A stretch of DNA of 64,000 nt, taken from Klebsormidium nitens. Its lineage: Eukaryota; Plantae; Klebsormidiophyceae. The notes under the pieces were generated by a model. It had not been told where the DNA came from. It was given only the letters and a program-made list of their open reading frames with translations, and searched no databases. Location of the stretch: contig DF237024.1 of assembly GCA_000708835.1 (NCBI GenBank), forward strand, positions 1 through 64,000, in the 5' to 3' direction. The position numbers and the translations under genes were made by a program. This document shows, one piece after another, positions 38,321 to 52,000 of this stretch (the stretch's first letter is position 1; each line of letters opens with the position of its first letter).

Positions 38321-41300
38321 TTAGAGGATGAACAGATTTCCTTTGTCTCCCCGTGATATCCTGTAAGAACGAAAGGATAATGCTCAAATGCTTGATCACC
38401 TTAGCTTTGAAAGCATGACATTCGAAACAATCAAACTTGTCTTGAGACGCTTCGGTGCCAAAGAGGGCTTGTTCCTACTTTCTTTAAGCCAGGACAGGCA
38501 TTCAAAACCTTGCGATCTGTGGGTCTTTGCCTCGCGGCAAGATTTGCAATCCACTCTCTTTGACTTGCTCTTCACATGCTAAGGAATCTTCTTTCACAAA
38601 TTGTTTAAAAGAAAAGCCGTTCAAGCGCTGCCCAGGACAACTTCTCTCCGGGCCTGAAGGTGGGACTAAAACATGCGTGGATGTTCTGAGCAGATCCCAA
38701 ACCTCCTAGAAGTCAGCCCCCGGGATCGACGACTAAGGTTGCAAGCACGGCAACGAACTCGAGCCAGGGAAGTATATGCCCGCAATTCAATGCGCTCTTT
38801 CGCGGGCTTTTGTCTGCCCTCAGACGCCCACTTCGAATGCTAGCGCAACGCCTACGTCGAATTTGATAGGCACGCTCGTGAGCCCGGCAATACATGTTTT
38901 TGAAACCGCCGATCGGTAGGGCCAACCGCCAACTCTGGCGCTCCAAGTTGCACGATGGGCTTCGCGTTTGTTGCCTCTGCCAACCGCCAATACGGACCCT
39001 AAAAACTTGCGGGGCACCATCTCAAAAACAATGCGTCGCGGTGTTTTCGGACTTTTGTGTTAACACACGTGCCTGGTTGGTAAAGCGTTTGTGTCAAAAC
39101 GACCGAAATGTGCTACTGACTGCCAAAAGGCTCACCTTAGATCGTCGTCCACGTACGTCGTGTCTAGAAATCCCCGGGCCGACTCGGGAGCTTTCACGGA
39201 CACCTGAAGCAGATTCAGGGCTTAGACCCGGTCTGATAAAGCTGACGTCGATGCAATAGAAGGAACGTTTGATCTAAACGCATCAACTGACAGCGGGTAT
39301 ATCTTGCTCAAAAGGCCTCCGAACCGCATCAATCAACAGAAATCTGAAAGAAAAACTGCCCCTATTTCATGGCGGCGGCAAAATTGCTGTATCGTGAAAG
39401 TTGGCAGCCGAGCCTGGAATCAAAACGCAAAATGTCCATCTTCAAGTCCGACTCTGTTGGTTCTTGATCGGCCAAGCAAGCCCGCCCAAAAAGAATCCGC
39501 TTTCCCGATCTCGGTTAACGGACCTGTGATATCGACCGGGGCTCACAGTGGTACAAATGCCCACTAGCTGAATACCTTGTGCCACTCGTAACCACTCGTA
39601 ATTTCAGTCCCGGGCCCAATCGAGGAAGTGCATTGATTCCATCTGAAAAATATCTCTGACATCAACAGTCAGGCACTCGCGTCGGAAATCAAGACCTTGA
39701 ACTGCGCTGTTCGTACTCAAGATTGGGTGCCAAGTTCGATGCGAAAAGCAGTACTTGCTCAATTTTCTGGACATGTCAAACAAAACGAGAGCGCAATGGG
39801 CAGGAATAGTCAGCAGAAATAAGAACAAATAAAGGTGAAAAGGCTTTTAATTTGGATGCTTACCAGGCCGAAAATCTTGAAGTATTGGAACTGCACCTTC
39901 ACTTTACTGGGTGACTCCGGGGTCAGCTTTGCCGTCACCTGAAGCGCAATTGTTCCCGTAAGCACAACTTGGGATCACCATCCGAAGCACTTCCTTGCCA
40001 CCATTTAAGCAGCATCGCAAGTGAGGCGCGGCGGACATGGAGAAGCTGACAACCACAGCAAACGGCCAAGTTGAACTTCATCATGGACAGAAAATGACGG
40101 GTTTTAAAGCCGACCAAGTCGTCGGGTCCGCTTTTATCCTGGTGGACAAGAGAGCAACAGCTGTCCTAGGGCCCCTGTTGAGGCACAATCTACCATTTGC
40201 ATAAGGCGATTGTGTTTGAAGTCATCGAATTTGTTCGGTCGGAATCGTTGATCACAACTCACCTGGTTGAAGAACGGCCACGTCTCCGTGTTCTTGGCAG
40301 CCAACGCTTCTGCGTCGATGTACTGGAAGATAGGACCGTTGGGCCGCAACAGTTTTGGTCTCTGCAATGGAGCATAGGGGAAAAGAAAGGTTTTAATGAA
40401 CATCGCTTCTCAATGTTGCATTTCAAAGAGCCAGTGATGTTTACGGAGAACATCAGGAGACAGAGAAACGAAGGAGAAGTAGACAGCAAGGCCTGTGTCT
40501 CTCGACAGGCGAGTACGAACCCTTGGGAGATGTTCTTCAGATGCTTGACAATTCGCGCTTGAACAACGTGTTCGAAATCAGAACGCAAGACCCGTGAAGT
40601 ACTGAAAGCTGACATAGAAGGCCAAGGTTCGGGCCAAAATGAACCCGATGCAACTAAACCAAACAGACTGCCGGTAAATTGGAAAATTCGAAGAAGTAGT
40701 CAAGATCCGTCGCCCCACTACGAGCCCCCGAAGAAAGAATAGGCACAAAGCCCTCACCTTTGTTCCTAGGATCGACTCTGATGTTGTGTACAACAGCTTC
40801 CATTTCCCGCTGATGAGCGGGGTCGACAGGGACTTGGGGTTGGGGGTAATCGCCTCTAGGCGGGAGGCCAACTGCAATAAGAGGTGTCAATTTCAAAAGC
40901 TTAATAGAGCGGCCGACAGAATATAGACCCTTGGAGGTAAGATAACTCTACTGTGACACAGAAGTAAGTGGCATAAAAATCAACAAAAAGGGCTAGTACA
41001 TGGCTGGCATGTTTCAAACTCTGCATTTTATAGACAAGCTCTCCGACGGCCTTGACACAAAAAGCAGACGGTGTATTTATGAAAAGAAGACTGTTGCCAA
41101 TGACAAAACAACTGAGGGGCCCAGTATAAAAGATGAGTGCGCTCCAGCGACACAGGTCTCCGCTTCGGCGATTGGGGCTCAAGTCCTTGAAACGTGATTT
41201 TGTGGCGCACTCTAATCAGTGGGGCGATGGCGTGTCCTTTGTGTTTTCGCAGCCGCAGATATGTTACCTTGTCAAGAACAGATTCCCAACGCATGCACCG

Positions 41301-41920
41301 TTCAAAGATGTGTTGCGCAGTGATCCAGTATTCAATTCATCATTCTCCGAAAAATGAACCAGCCAAAACGGCCACTTGCTAAACCTGCTTAGGGCTGCAT
41401 GCCACTTGCAAGAGAAGCGCACGTTGCACGGCTGAGAAGCGGGTTAAGAAAGACTCCAAAAGTGGACCCACTAACCCACCTTGTCGACCTCAGCTTTCTC
41501 CTCCGCCGACGCTTCGGCGCCCCTCTCGAGCCCGCTGATCAAGTCTAAAAGCTCTCCTTTTAATTCCTCTCTTTTCTCTGTCGTGTTGCCTGAAATCCGG
41601 GTCAACAATTGAGCAAAAGGATTAGCCGCAGCTACCACCACCTGCCTTGCATGTCGCGGTTTCTGCCGCTCAAACCCAAACGGTTTTGGGTTAACCTGGC
41701 GCCCGAAGCTGCTGATCTGATCAGATGAAGAAGCTTCTCTAAGTTGAGAAAAGGCGATCGGTGCACTTAGTGGGCTTGTTCTCACAGGAGGTGCTGTAGC
41801 CTGTGACAATGTGGCAATGCCGGGTGTGAAGTCACATCGCTGTGCGCGATCTAGTGTTCTGTAGGAGGGCAGCGCCTGGTGCAGAGAGCGGGCAGCAAAG
41901 GTGCATGAAGTGGACGCCAT
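38321..41920 (-). CDS. FBN3: Plastid-lipid-associated protein / fibrillin, FBN3-like, 6 exons
   Basis: Exons 41920-41480, 40871-40758, 40361-40263, 39938-39864, 39203-39136, 38360-38321. Transit peptide followed by LISGKWKLLYTTSESIL, NTETWPFFNQV, TTYVDDDLRISRGDKGNLFIL. Confidence 0.9.
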
Positions 41921-43035
41921 AATATGGGAATCTCAGCTCTGCAAATCAGATTCTGCTGGGCGTATCGCTTACCCCCGCACCCTTTTCCCGAGTATGGGAG
42001 CTCCTTACTATCGCTAGCGGTCCCTGAAATAGAGCAGATCAAGATGCTGAAGACAGCTCACTAGCACCAACTCAATCTTAGAAGGCTATGCTTGCAGCGC
42101 GCTGTGAAGAGCTGGAATGAAACCACCACGTCGCTAGCGCTGAGCATGAAGCTGAAGCATTCGAGCTGGGCGCCGTGCCAGCAGACTGTATACGCCTGGA
42201 CGTCTTAGCGCTTCTGAGTCGTCGGATAATCAAGCTCCGGGCATCGAGCGGCTCAACTGGTTCCACGAAGCCCCAATTTTAATGAGACGCCAATGCGCGC
42301 GTAGTTCACTTGCGTACAAGCGGTTGCAAAGCCAGCAGCCACTTCGAGTGACTGGGCTGAACCTCGTGATAGTCCGGTCCTTTCTAACTTACAAATTGCA
42401 CAGTGTCTATGAACCCGTGTCCTAACTTGCGAATGTCAGTAATCCGTTTTGCATGATCTGCTGTGGCGCTCAGGTGAACGTAAACGAGAGTAGGTAGTCT
42501 CTGTATCTTCGAACTCTATGCTTGATATTGCTTCTGGGCCTCAGACCACATCCACAGACAATGCGCGGGTTGTCAAAACCAGGATTGGATGGAAAACACT
42601 GCCAAAGCAGGAAATCTTGGATGTTGTGAGACGGAACGAGAGTATCCAGAGAGTGGGTGATTGTTTATATCGCAGCGCTGGCACCCTAGCTACGGGCTGC
42701 ACTCAGTGATAAAGGGATTGATTCTTGACGAAAGACTCACTAGATAGATAGTTCATCCACGGATGGGCACGCGTTTGCTCAACGTACTTGTTCTAAGGCC
42801 GCAAGTAATCTTGCCCATCGCAAATGAAGCCCTATCAGCGAGCTGTCACACTCATAGCTGCAGCGAGTAGTCGAGATTACCTCCATCGCAAGGGGCGTTT
42901 GCTGGACCCACAATGAGCCTCGAGCTCGGGCTTGTATCTGGCGCCCAAAACAGAGGAAGCAACAGATGACGGCTCAAGGCATTTGAAGCCAGCGCTTTTT
43001 TACCAGCATTTGGAACGTAAGGGAGTGACGCAAGG

Positions 43036-46000
43036 ATGACGTCACCACGGCAGACCGAATGGATGACACGCACCGTCGATTCTTTCATGACGATGCAGCA
43101 GGACGAGGGAGTGGATCCCCCAGGGCCGCAGTCGTTCAAGGTGAGATGGTGTCAGCAACATATAAGCTCGGGTTGAGAAAACAAGCGGATGCTTAGCTTT
43201 ACGCCGGTAAGCTCCATAAGCCTAAAGGGCACGCATACAGTTGGTCGAACCATGCATCGAGCACTTGATCAACACGTACTGCCGGAATTGGACAGAGCTG
43301 CTTGACCCATATGCATTGATAACATTGCGATATTGCTCCTTTGCCGCTCTTTACCGGGGTTGCTTGTCCCACTGCCACCGTAGGAAAAAGGATAAGGATG
43401 CTCAAGGGCAGTCTTATGGCCGCTTTACCCACCCTGCCAATGGAGCAGCACACATTACCAGCTTATCTAGCAGAAAGAACTCGTGGAAAATGCTGGCAAA
43501 AGTCAGATTACGCGGGCCTTTATCCACTATGAAGACTGGCTGTAGTTACAAGCTCTGCCTGCTTTTATATTAGATGCACCTTGTAAGAAGTGGCTATGCC
43601 AGGGGTACTTTTTCCAAACGCATGATATATCTCGTCCAGCGCATTCACCGATTGCTGCGTTGGTAACTATCATTTTACAGCATGCGCGGTTGTCTTCTCA
43701 CGCTTAATGCCATGGCACGCTGGTGAATCCCGCTAGAGACGGACCCTTTCCATTCCCTATCGCCATCCTCTGAAATGCCCATTTCGAACCCAGTTGATCC
43801 ACCTCAATACCGACCCTCCACTACCGTCCTATAAACAGGACAGCTCCTGAAGCTTTATCAAAAAGCTACGCAGAATGCGCCATCAAAAGACCTGTTTTCA
43901 GAAACCCACAATATTGAACTCACTTCCGACCAACCTTATATTACCACTGTCCTAAACAGGACGGCACGTGCGGGCATCCCTCAAGCTTTACGGCAAGGGC
44001 ACATATCAGATCCCTCTACAGACCAACTTTTCCGCCTCCCTTCAGGTTTCAGTACCCAAATGCCAATCTCAAACCCAGTCAAGCCAACTCAGGACTAACC
44101 TCCAATATACAAAGTTCCTTCAAAACAAGAAGGTATGTGGGGCTACCTTCTCAAGCTCTAAGGCAAGGGCACGTGTCAATTCTCCCTACAGATCGACTTA
44201 CCGCCTCCCTCCATCACCCAAACGCCTCTCAGACCCAGTTAATCCAGCTTAAGACTGGCATTTGAATTCCCGTTTTTCCGAAACAGGACGGCATGTGCGG
44301 CTATCTTCTAAAGCTCTACGGCAAGGGTACGCACCGGGTATGGCGCAAGAAGTGGTTCTACCTCATGGAGGATCGCTTATGCTACACCGAAAACGAAGAC
44401 ACGCTCGGGCCGATCAAGTACCTGCCGCTGGACCGGATCCCAGTGCGGCCGTACCCCCGGGGTTACAAACCGGACATTGGAGTGTCTATTCTTACTGGGA
44501 ACATGCTGTAAGTACAGTAAGGAAATCAGTTGAAGTTTCTTTCTTCTAAGGCATGTCTGTGATCACGCCTTTGCGTGTGGCCATACCTGCGCGAGCACCA
44601 CTTTGGGCATTGGATTGTCCATTCTCACCAGTCACATGTTGTGATCGGTTCCAGAAAGAGGCTTGTGCTTACTGTGATGGTGTTTCGATCTTACTCTGGA
44701 TGGCCGTTTTCATTGTTCTCCTTCCCGCTCGTCATCCTACCTCCTGCAAGTGACTCACTCAAAATGAGATACGAGACGAGTCTTGCTCCGTTTGGGCGTC
44801 CTTCCAAGCTACTCACGACCAAAGTCGGCTCCATTTCCAATCTGCAGAAAGGGTCCGCTGATGTAAGGCGGAACAGTTTGCACGCTCTTTGACGTCTCTG
44901 GAAATGATTGCGGGCTGAATTGTTTAACCGGCTACCCTTCAAAGGTCGAAATTCGTCGCCCCTTTCCAGGTCGCTCTATCTAGACGTCAACGCAGGCCCA
45001 TTTTCAACATTTTTCATCTGTTCCGCTCCAGCATTCAGTGCCGAGAGCTTCTCACTCCATTCCTTAAGCTATTGGGCTCCTGATGATTGTGACTGTCCTT
45101 CAAGGGGTATCCACGGATACTGCTTTCATCAAGACATTTATTCCGATCCGATTTTAAGAAAAGCTCTTTACGAATTTTCGCTCCATTCTCCTCAAGCATG
45201 TTGGTTACTTTTGCATTTTTACGGTTCTTCGGACGTCCGCAGGTCCACGTCCAAGACGTTCGACAAGTGCTGTTTCAGCATCCAGTGCGGTAAGACTCCT
45301 CATTCCATGGAGTCCTCAAAACATTCGAATATTCTAAATCCGGTTCGGACGGTCAAATCTGTCGTTTCCGGACGTCCACAGGTCCACGTCCAAGACGTTT
45401 GACAAGTGCTGTTTCAGCATACAATGCGGAGAAAGCACCCACTTTCTGGCGGCTGATACAAAGGCCGAGGCGCAGCGGTGGGTGGAAGCCTTGGTGGAGG
45501 CGTGGCGGTACTACGTCCAGAACGACCGGCGGATGTCGCACGGAATGACCGGAACGATGCGGACGGAAACCATGCGGACGACGCGGACGATTGGCGGGTC
45601 GTACAAGGAGGAGGTGGGTTTGGCAGCTTGACCTGTTTGATATTTCGGCCGAGAAATTTCTGCGAAAGGGCGTGCGGTTGTGCTTTTTCCTGAGCCAAGC
45701 AGCGCAGATACCTTGTTCGACAGACCGGAAAAGATTGCCTCATGCTATAATGGTCTTACAAGGCGAACGTGGGCTCGGTTACGTTCCGTCTACCTGTATG
45801 ACCATCAGACAAGGCAAAGAGAACGTGCTGTGAGGTTGGAACGGCCACCCTGTTGTCGTAGACGATTGGCTCATATTCTGCGATGCCTCTGGTCCCTACA
45901 CCCATTCTCTTATTTCTCCAGCTATCTTTCAGCCGATTTTTTCCTCCTTGACTAAACCATCCACTTCAGCCAAAGAGACTGAGACACTTGCACGGACTTT

Positions 46001-49000
46001 GCTGTTTGTTCTCACTCGTGCATAAGAATGTCACGCCCTTAAATTTATCCTTCACTTCCAAGCGGTCCGTCATGAAATCTCCTTCAAAAGGCTCTCTACC
46101 ACACCTTTCGCAGCTGGATCAGACGCGCGCGTCGCTTCAGCACCTTGAGAGCGAGCACGCGCGCAAGGAGGCGGAGCTCCACCGCCAGTGGCTGGCCGCC
46201 CAGGAGCGCGCGATCGCGGCCGAGCAAGCGCTCGCGCGCGAGCGCGCGCGCACGGAGCTCTACCGCTTCGAGATCCACACCAGCGACCGGAAAGGCGCCG
46301 GAACGGACGCGCGCGTCTTTCTAGAGGTTCTCGGCGCCGGCCCGGGGCAGTCCAGCGGGGAGCTGTGGCCGGGGAATCCTAAAGGCTATCCCCCGGGGCA
46401 TAAGCTATTCCAGCGCGGAGCGGTGGATATTTTCGAGCTCCCGGGGGGTGCTTTACCGGGCGAGATGAGGGGGCTGAGAGTGGGGCACGACGGGTCGGGG
46501 GGGAGCCCCGGGTGGTTCCTGGAAAAGGTCGTGGTGACACGTGGCGGCTCGGGAGTGGATGAGAGGAAAGAGTTCGTCTGCGGGCGGTGGTTATCGGCGT
46601 CCGAAGAGGACGGGAAGCTGGTCCGGGAGCTGTCTGCGGGCGGCGCCACGTCATCAGAGAGCTGCAGGTACGACAAACGTTCTGATGACGTTTTTAAGAG
46701 TGGGCAGTAACAGAGTGCCGGTTGCATTCTGGCAGGACTAAGCCGAGGCCAAAGTTTCAAGGATGAGTTCGATGAATAAGTAAAAAGACAAGAACAAGAA
46801 AATAAGAAGCCGTTGAGAAGCGTTGGATATGCTGTCCCATCGGTCCCGGCAGAGAGTCTCGTTCAAGGCTGCCTCTGCTTCGAAATAAAGCGTGTCGATG
46901 CTTCGAGAAGGTTGAGGTAGATGCTTAGCCAAAGAAGCCGTTCAGAATAGATTGTCAAGACCTCCGAAAAGCTTTGGAGTGTTGAGTTGCAGCTCTCCAA
47001 TCACCAGACCCATCTAAACCTCGATCTATTGCGACGGGCAGATCGCCAGTACAACACAAAGCGTATCTAAACCAGCCAATGCCTCAAGATTGCGGCTTAG
47101 TATTTTCTAGATTCGCGGACGCCCTATCAGCTGCACACCCAAGTTTCGAGTTGCGCCTGCTTCGAAAGCATTTCCTGATGCACGAAGTGAACCTCAGAAA
47201 TCCAGCAGCTATTTCTACGAACGGTTCTTCCTTGATCCAATAAGGCAGACTTGACTTTGGTCGTTTTGGACATCGTCCTGTTTCCCCGTCCAGATAAGAG
47301 GTTACGGTCCGCACAAGCGGCCTCAAAAGCGCGGGAACCGCCGCTTCCATCTGAGACCAAACCGCGAACAAATAGGTCTCGATAGATACTTTTCTCTTGA
47401 AAAGGGACAAGCAAAATGGTCTCAGACAGCAGAACTCGGTCACGCCCAGAGTGGTACGTTCTGATGACTCGAAGTTTACCCCTCTCTGTCGAGCTTTGAA
47501 ACCATAAAACCCCTAAACTCATCGTTTTTGCAGGTACGAGGTCACTGTCCGTACCAGCGACCTCAAGGGCGCGGGCACAGCGGCACCAATCACGTGCTCT
47601 CTCCGCGGTACCAAGGGCGAGAGCGGTCCGCACTTGCTGGAGAAATCCAGTACCGATTTCCAGCGGGGAGCGGTCGACGTTTTCCTGATCGAGGCACGCG
47701 ACCTGGGCGATCTGTCCGAAGTCGTCATCGGACACGACGGCCGGACGGCGACGGACAGCTGGCACTGCGAACAGGTTGAGATTCGGGTTAGGGGCGAAAA
47801 CCCGTTTGTTAGTATGGAAGGAGTTTCAAGCCCGACCGGTTCGGGCAAGTTCAGCTCGGTTGGGCTGTTGGAGAAAAGCGGCGGAGCGACCGGAAGAGAC
47901 TCACCGAGGCAGAAGGACGGAGCGAAAAGAAGCTTGGAAGCGACCGGTAGCGATTCCCCGAGGCAGAGAGATGGGGGTAACAAGGGCATAGAAGCGACCG
48001 GGAGAAAGGACCGGGCGTTCTTCTTCCCGTGCGATCAGTGGTTCGACGCGACGCAGGGCGACGGGTTAACGCGCAGGGTTCTGCGGGTTACGCGCGACGA
48101 CCCGCGGGCGTCCCTCGTGGGTTACCTTTTCCGGGTCACGACCAGCGGAATCCGCGGGGCCGGAACGGACGCCTGCGTTTCCGTGGAGCTTCTGGGGGAG
48201 GGGAAAGCGTCGAGCGGCGAGCGACAGCTGCAGAGCAAAACCGGGGAGTTTGCGGCGGGGTCAACGGAGGAGGTTAAGCTAACCGCGAAAGACGTGGGGT
48301 CGTTGAGCAGGGCGAGGCTGCGGATTCGACACGATAACAGCGGGTTAGCGCCGGACTGGCACCTTGACCTGGTTGAGGTCGTCAACACCAAGACGGGCGA
48401 GCGGGCGTATTTTCACTGCGGGCAATGGCTGTCTAAAACGCAGGGCGACCGGCAGGTCGCCCGGGAGTTGCAAGCGGTGTTAAAAGACCCCCGGAAGGAG
48501 CGGACCCGGTGCAAGGTGGTTATTCACACCAGCGACCTGCGGGGTGCGGGAACGAGCGCGAGCGTGTCTCTGGACTTTGGTGTGAATAAGTCCGCACCAA
48601 TCCTGCTTCCAGCCGGGCCGGAGGCCTTTTCTCGGGGGTTAGAGAACGTGTTTTTCGTCGACGTTCCTGCGCAGGTTACGGAGCTGAACCGAGTTACGGT
48701 TAGCCACGATAACACGGGGCCTAACCCGGGGTGGCACTTGGACTCTCTCGAGGTAGTCCCGCACTTTGAGTGCTCGTGCTCGGCCTGTGAGAAGGGCGGA
48801 ACGTCTAGCGGGTACTCCGCGGGAGACAAGAAGCAGTCTGCCGCGAAGAAGACGATGTACTTCCCTTGCAAAAAGTGGTTCGACAAAGAGAAGGACGACG
48901 GACTTATCTCACGGGAGCTCTTGGCTTCGTCGGTTGACCCCCGGAAAGAGACGCTAACCTACAAGGTTACGGTGGTAACCGGGTCTTGCAAGGGTGCCGG

Positions 49001-52000
49001 AACAGACTCCGAGGTTTCTATCACTCTCATTGGAGACAAGACCGACAGCGGATCAGCGCGGGTGTTACAAGGCCCCCCCGGGGCGTTCTCCCGGGGCTCG
49101 CGGGACGTATTCACACTGCCGCTTTCCAACTTGGGCGATGTAAAGAAAGTGCGGATTGGGCACGATGGGAAGGGGCTCCAACCGGGCTGGTTTTTGGACT
49201 TGGTAGAAGTAGAACTGGGGGAGAAGAAGTGGTACTTCCCCTGTCACGCTTGGCTCGGTTCGCCGGACGGAGGAAAGTTGCAGGGCCCGGTCATGAAGGA
49301 AATGTCCGCAGCAAGCCGAGGGAGCTCCCTCGTTTCGGGGGGATCGTCTAACGTCTACAGGGTTAGCATAACTACCAGCGACGTCAAGGGCGCGTCGTGC
49401 GATGCAAACGTCAGCATTACCTTGTTCGGCGAGAAGGGGGACTCGGGATCGAGAGCGCTGGAAAAGCCCGGGAGTTTTAACCGGGGACAGACGGACGAGT
49501 TCTTCCTGGAGTGTGAACAGGCCCTGGCAGAGCTGGTGAGAATACGCCTGGGGCACGACGGCTCCGGGCTCTCCCCGTCGTGGCACGTGGCACACGTACG
49601 CGTCGCCACGATGGGTTACAGCCCCGGGTCAACGAAACCCGACCTGGTGTTAAAGGAATGGCTGTTCCTCTGCGGGAACTGGTTTGACACCAAGCACGGC
49701 GACCGGCAGACCGTGCGCGAGCTGGCCCCGGTCGCCAAGGGCGAGAAGCCCGCGCCTCTAGTTCAGTACGAGCTGGCAATCTACACGTCTGACGTCAAGG
49801 GCGCCGGGACTGACGCCACGGTCCACGTCACCCTGTACAGTGACGTCAGCAACACGTCACAGAAAATTCTGGCGTGCGGACCCGAGGCGTTTGAGCGGGG
49901 ATCGTGCGACCGGTTCGCTATCGAGGCTCCGGACGTCGGTCCGTTGCGGAAGCTGCGGATCGGACACGACGGAAAAGGGGCGCGCGCGGAATGGCACCTG
50001 GACAGGGTGGAGGTCAGTGTGAAAACCCTCGGGAGCAAGACGGGCGCGGCCGCGGCCGCGGCGAAGGCGCCGATTTACACCTTCCCCTGTGGGCGGTGGC
50101 TCGCGAAGGGGCGGGAGGACGGGGCGATCGAGCGGGAGCTGCTGGCCGGCGGGGGCGGCGGAAAGGTCAGCATGACATCACTCACTCGCTTCGACGTTGA
50201 CGAGCAAACTTCAATGAGAAGTCGCGGCTCGTTGCTTCGAAATGGGATTGTGATGAAAAGACTAAGCGCCCGATTGCACTCTTTCTATCTTTGATATGAG
50301 CACATGTTCAAACGACTCTACAGAGCGGCGTCAGTCGATGAGAGACGCGACGATATTCACACAGGAATCTTCAAAGAACAAAACTTGTATCCGTTTCCGT
50401 AGATCTCTTCATTCTAGTACTCCGATGTTGTTTTGCCACCTTTGACTTGCTGGGAACAAAGAAACCGGCGCCCCAGAACAATGTCAAGCCTCTCTTTTCA
50501 CAGCGACCGTACCATATGCAGATGAAATCTGTAATGTAGTCCATTAAGAGCTGAACCATAAGACGCTTTCTCAACAGGTCGCATACAAGGTCACGGTCTA
50601 CACCGGCAGCGATAAGGGCTCCGGAACGGATGCTGACGTGGCGGTGACGTTCGCCGGAGAACGCGGAGAGAGCGGCCCCCACAAATTACTGGGGACGGGC
50701 GACTTGTTCGAGCGGGGCCAGGTTGATGACTTCAGCATCGAGTCGAATGACGTGGGCGATCTGAAGACGCTGCGCGTGGCGCTGTTGGCTGCCGGGACGA
50801 GTGAGCGGCCAAGTTGTCTCTTGCGAATGATACTTGCTTCTCGTACAATTTAATCTTATTAGTGCCCTTCTCTGAAAATATGAAATCTAAGGAGGTGCAA
50901 CGAGGCGAAGACGGGGATGTTCTGGTCCTGACCCATCACGTACAAATAAGTTGAGAGCAGCGCTCTGGATTATTCTAGTGGCCTTTGATCAGCGCACACT
51001 GAAGAATTTCAATGTCTGCTGTGAAGTCGACCTCCTGCAACCATAGCTTCGAGTTTCCAGAAGTTTCCTCACCTTTTCTCATAGTCTATAGTTCTCAGCC
51101 CTTCTCTATAACCTGGCGTTACTCGCATGATAGTTGTCTCGATGCGAAGTGACTTGTTCGTAGTTTAAAGAACCTCGAAAAAAGAAGTAGAGTCAGTGGG
51201 GACCATTGGATGTTAATTCCTCTAATATCTTGCCTAAGCTCTTATCTTCGCCTGCAGAGGAGAGCTGGCTTCTGGACCTGATCGTCATCGAAGCGTTCCA
51301 CCCGACCGGCCCCGAGAAGAAGGCGCTTCTACCGGGCACACGCTGGTTCTTCCCCTGCCGTCAATGGCTCGGAGAACGCAAACCGGGGGGTCTCTCCTGC
51401 CTGCTTTCAGCTAGTACTCAAGACCCCCGGGAAAAGAGACGGCGCTACAAGGTGATAACTCTGACGAGCGATCTCAAGGGCGCAGCTACTGATGCAAATG
51501 TCAGCGTGACGTTATACGGCGTCAGCGACCGGGGGAAGGCTTCCGTGGATTCCGGTGTGAGGAAGTTGGTGGCTAACGGAACCGGGGCGTTCACCCGGGG
51601 GCATAGGGACGAGTTCGAACTAGAGTGCGAGGATTTGTGCGAGCTGAAGAAGATTAAGATCGAGCACGACGGAACCGGAAAAGAGCCGGGGTGGCATTTG
51701 GCGGAGGTGCGGGTGCAAAGTTTGGGTTCTGCGAGCTTCTCAAAAACAGGGCCTCTGGATTCTGCGACTAACGCAGGCAGATTGGGGGGCCCTGTAAACG
51801 AGCAGGTGATCAAAGAGTGGGTCTTCCCGTGTGACCAATGGCTCGACGCGCGGCACGGCGACCGGTGGACGGCCCGGGAGCTGTTTCCGGCCGGGTTAAG
51901 CAACGCGGTCAAGCGGACTGTTAAGTACAAACTGAAGCTGTACACTTCGGACGTTAAGGGCGCCGGAACGGACGCGGATATCTCGGTAGTGTTCCTCGGT

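Noticed and set aside
38321-38323. Alternative nuclear code (TAA/TAG = Gln) suggested by the fibrillin TAA
   Set aside because: The PLP gene ends in TAA and HEATR6 in TAG at expected positions, and long exons contain no in-frame TAR.
42078-42266. 62-aa ORF upstream of the fibrillin start (uORF candidate)
   Set aside because: The track ORF begins at GTG, there is no conservation evidence, and the transcription start is unknown.
46678-47468. 13-nt direct repeat (acgttctgatgac) bracketing ~780 nt of intron, a possible target-site duplication
   Set aside because: No terminal inverted repeats, poly-A tail or coding remnant between the copies; may be chance.
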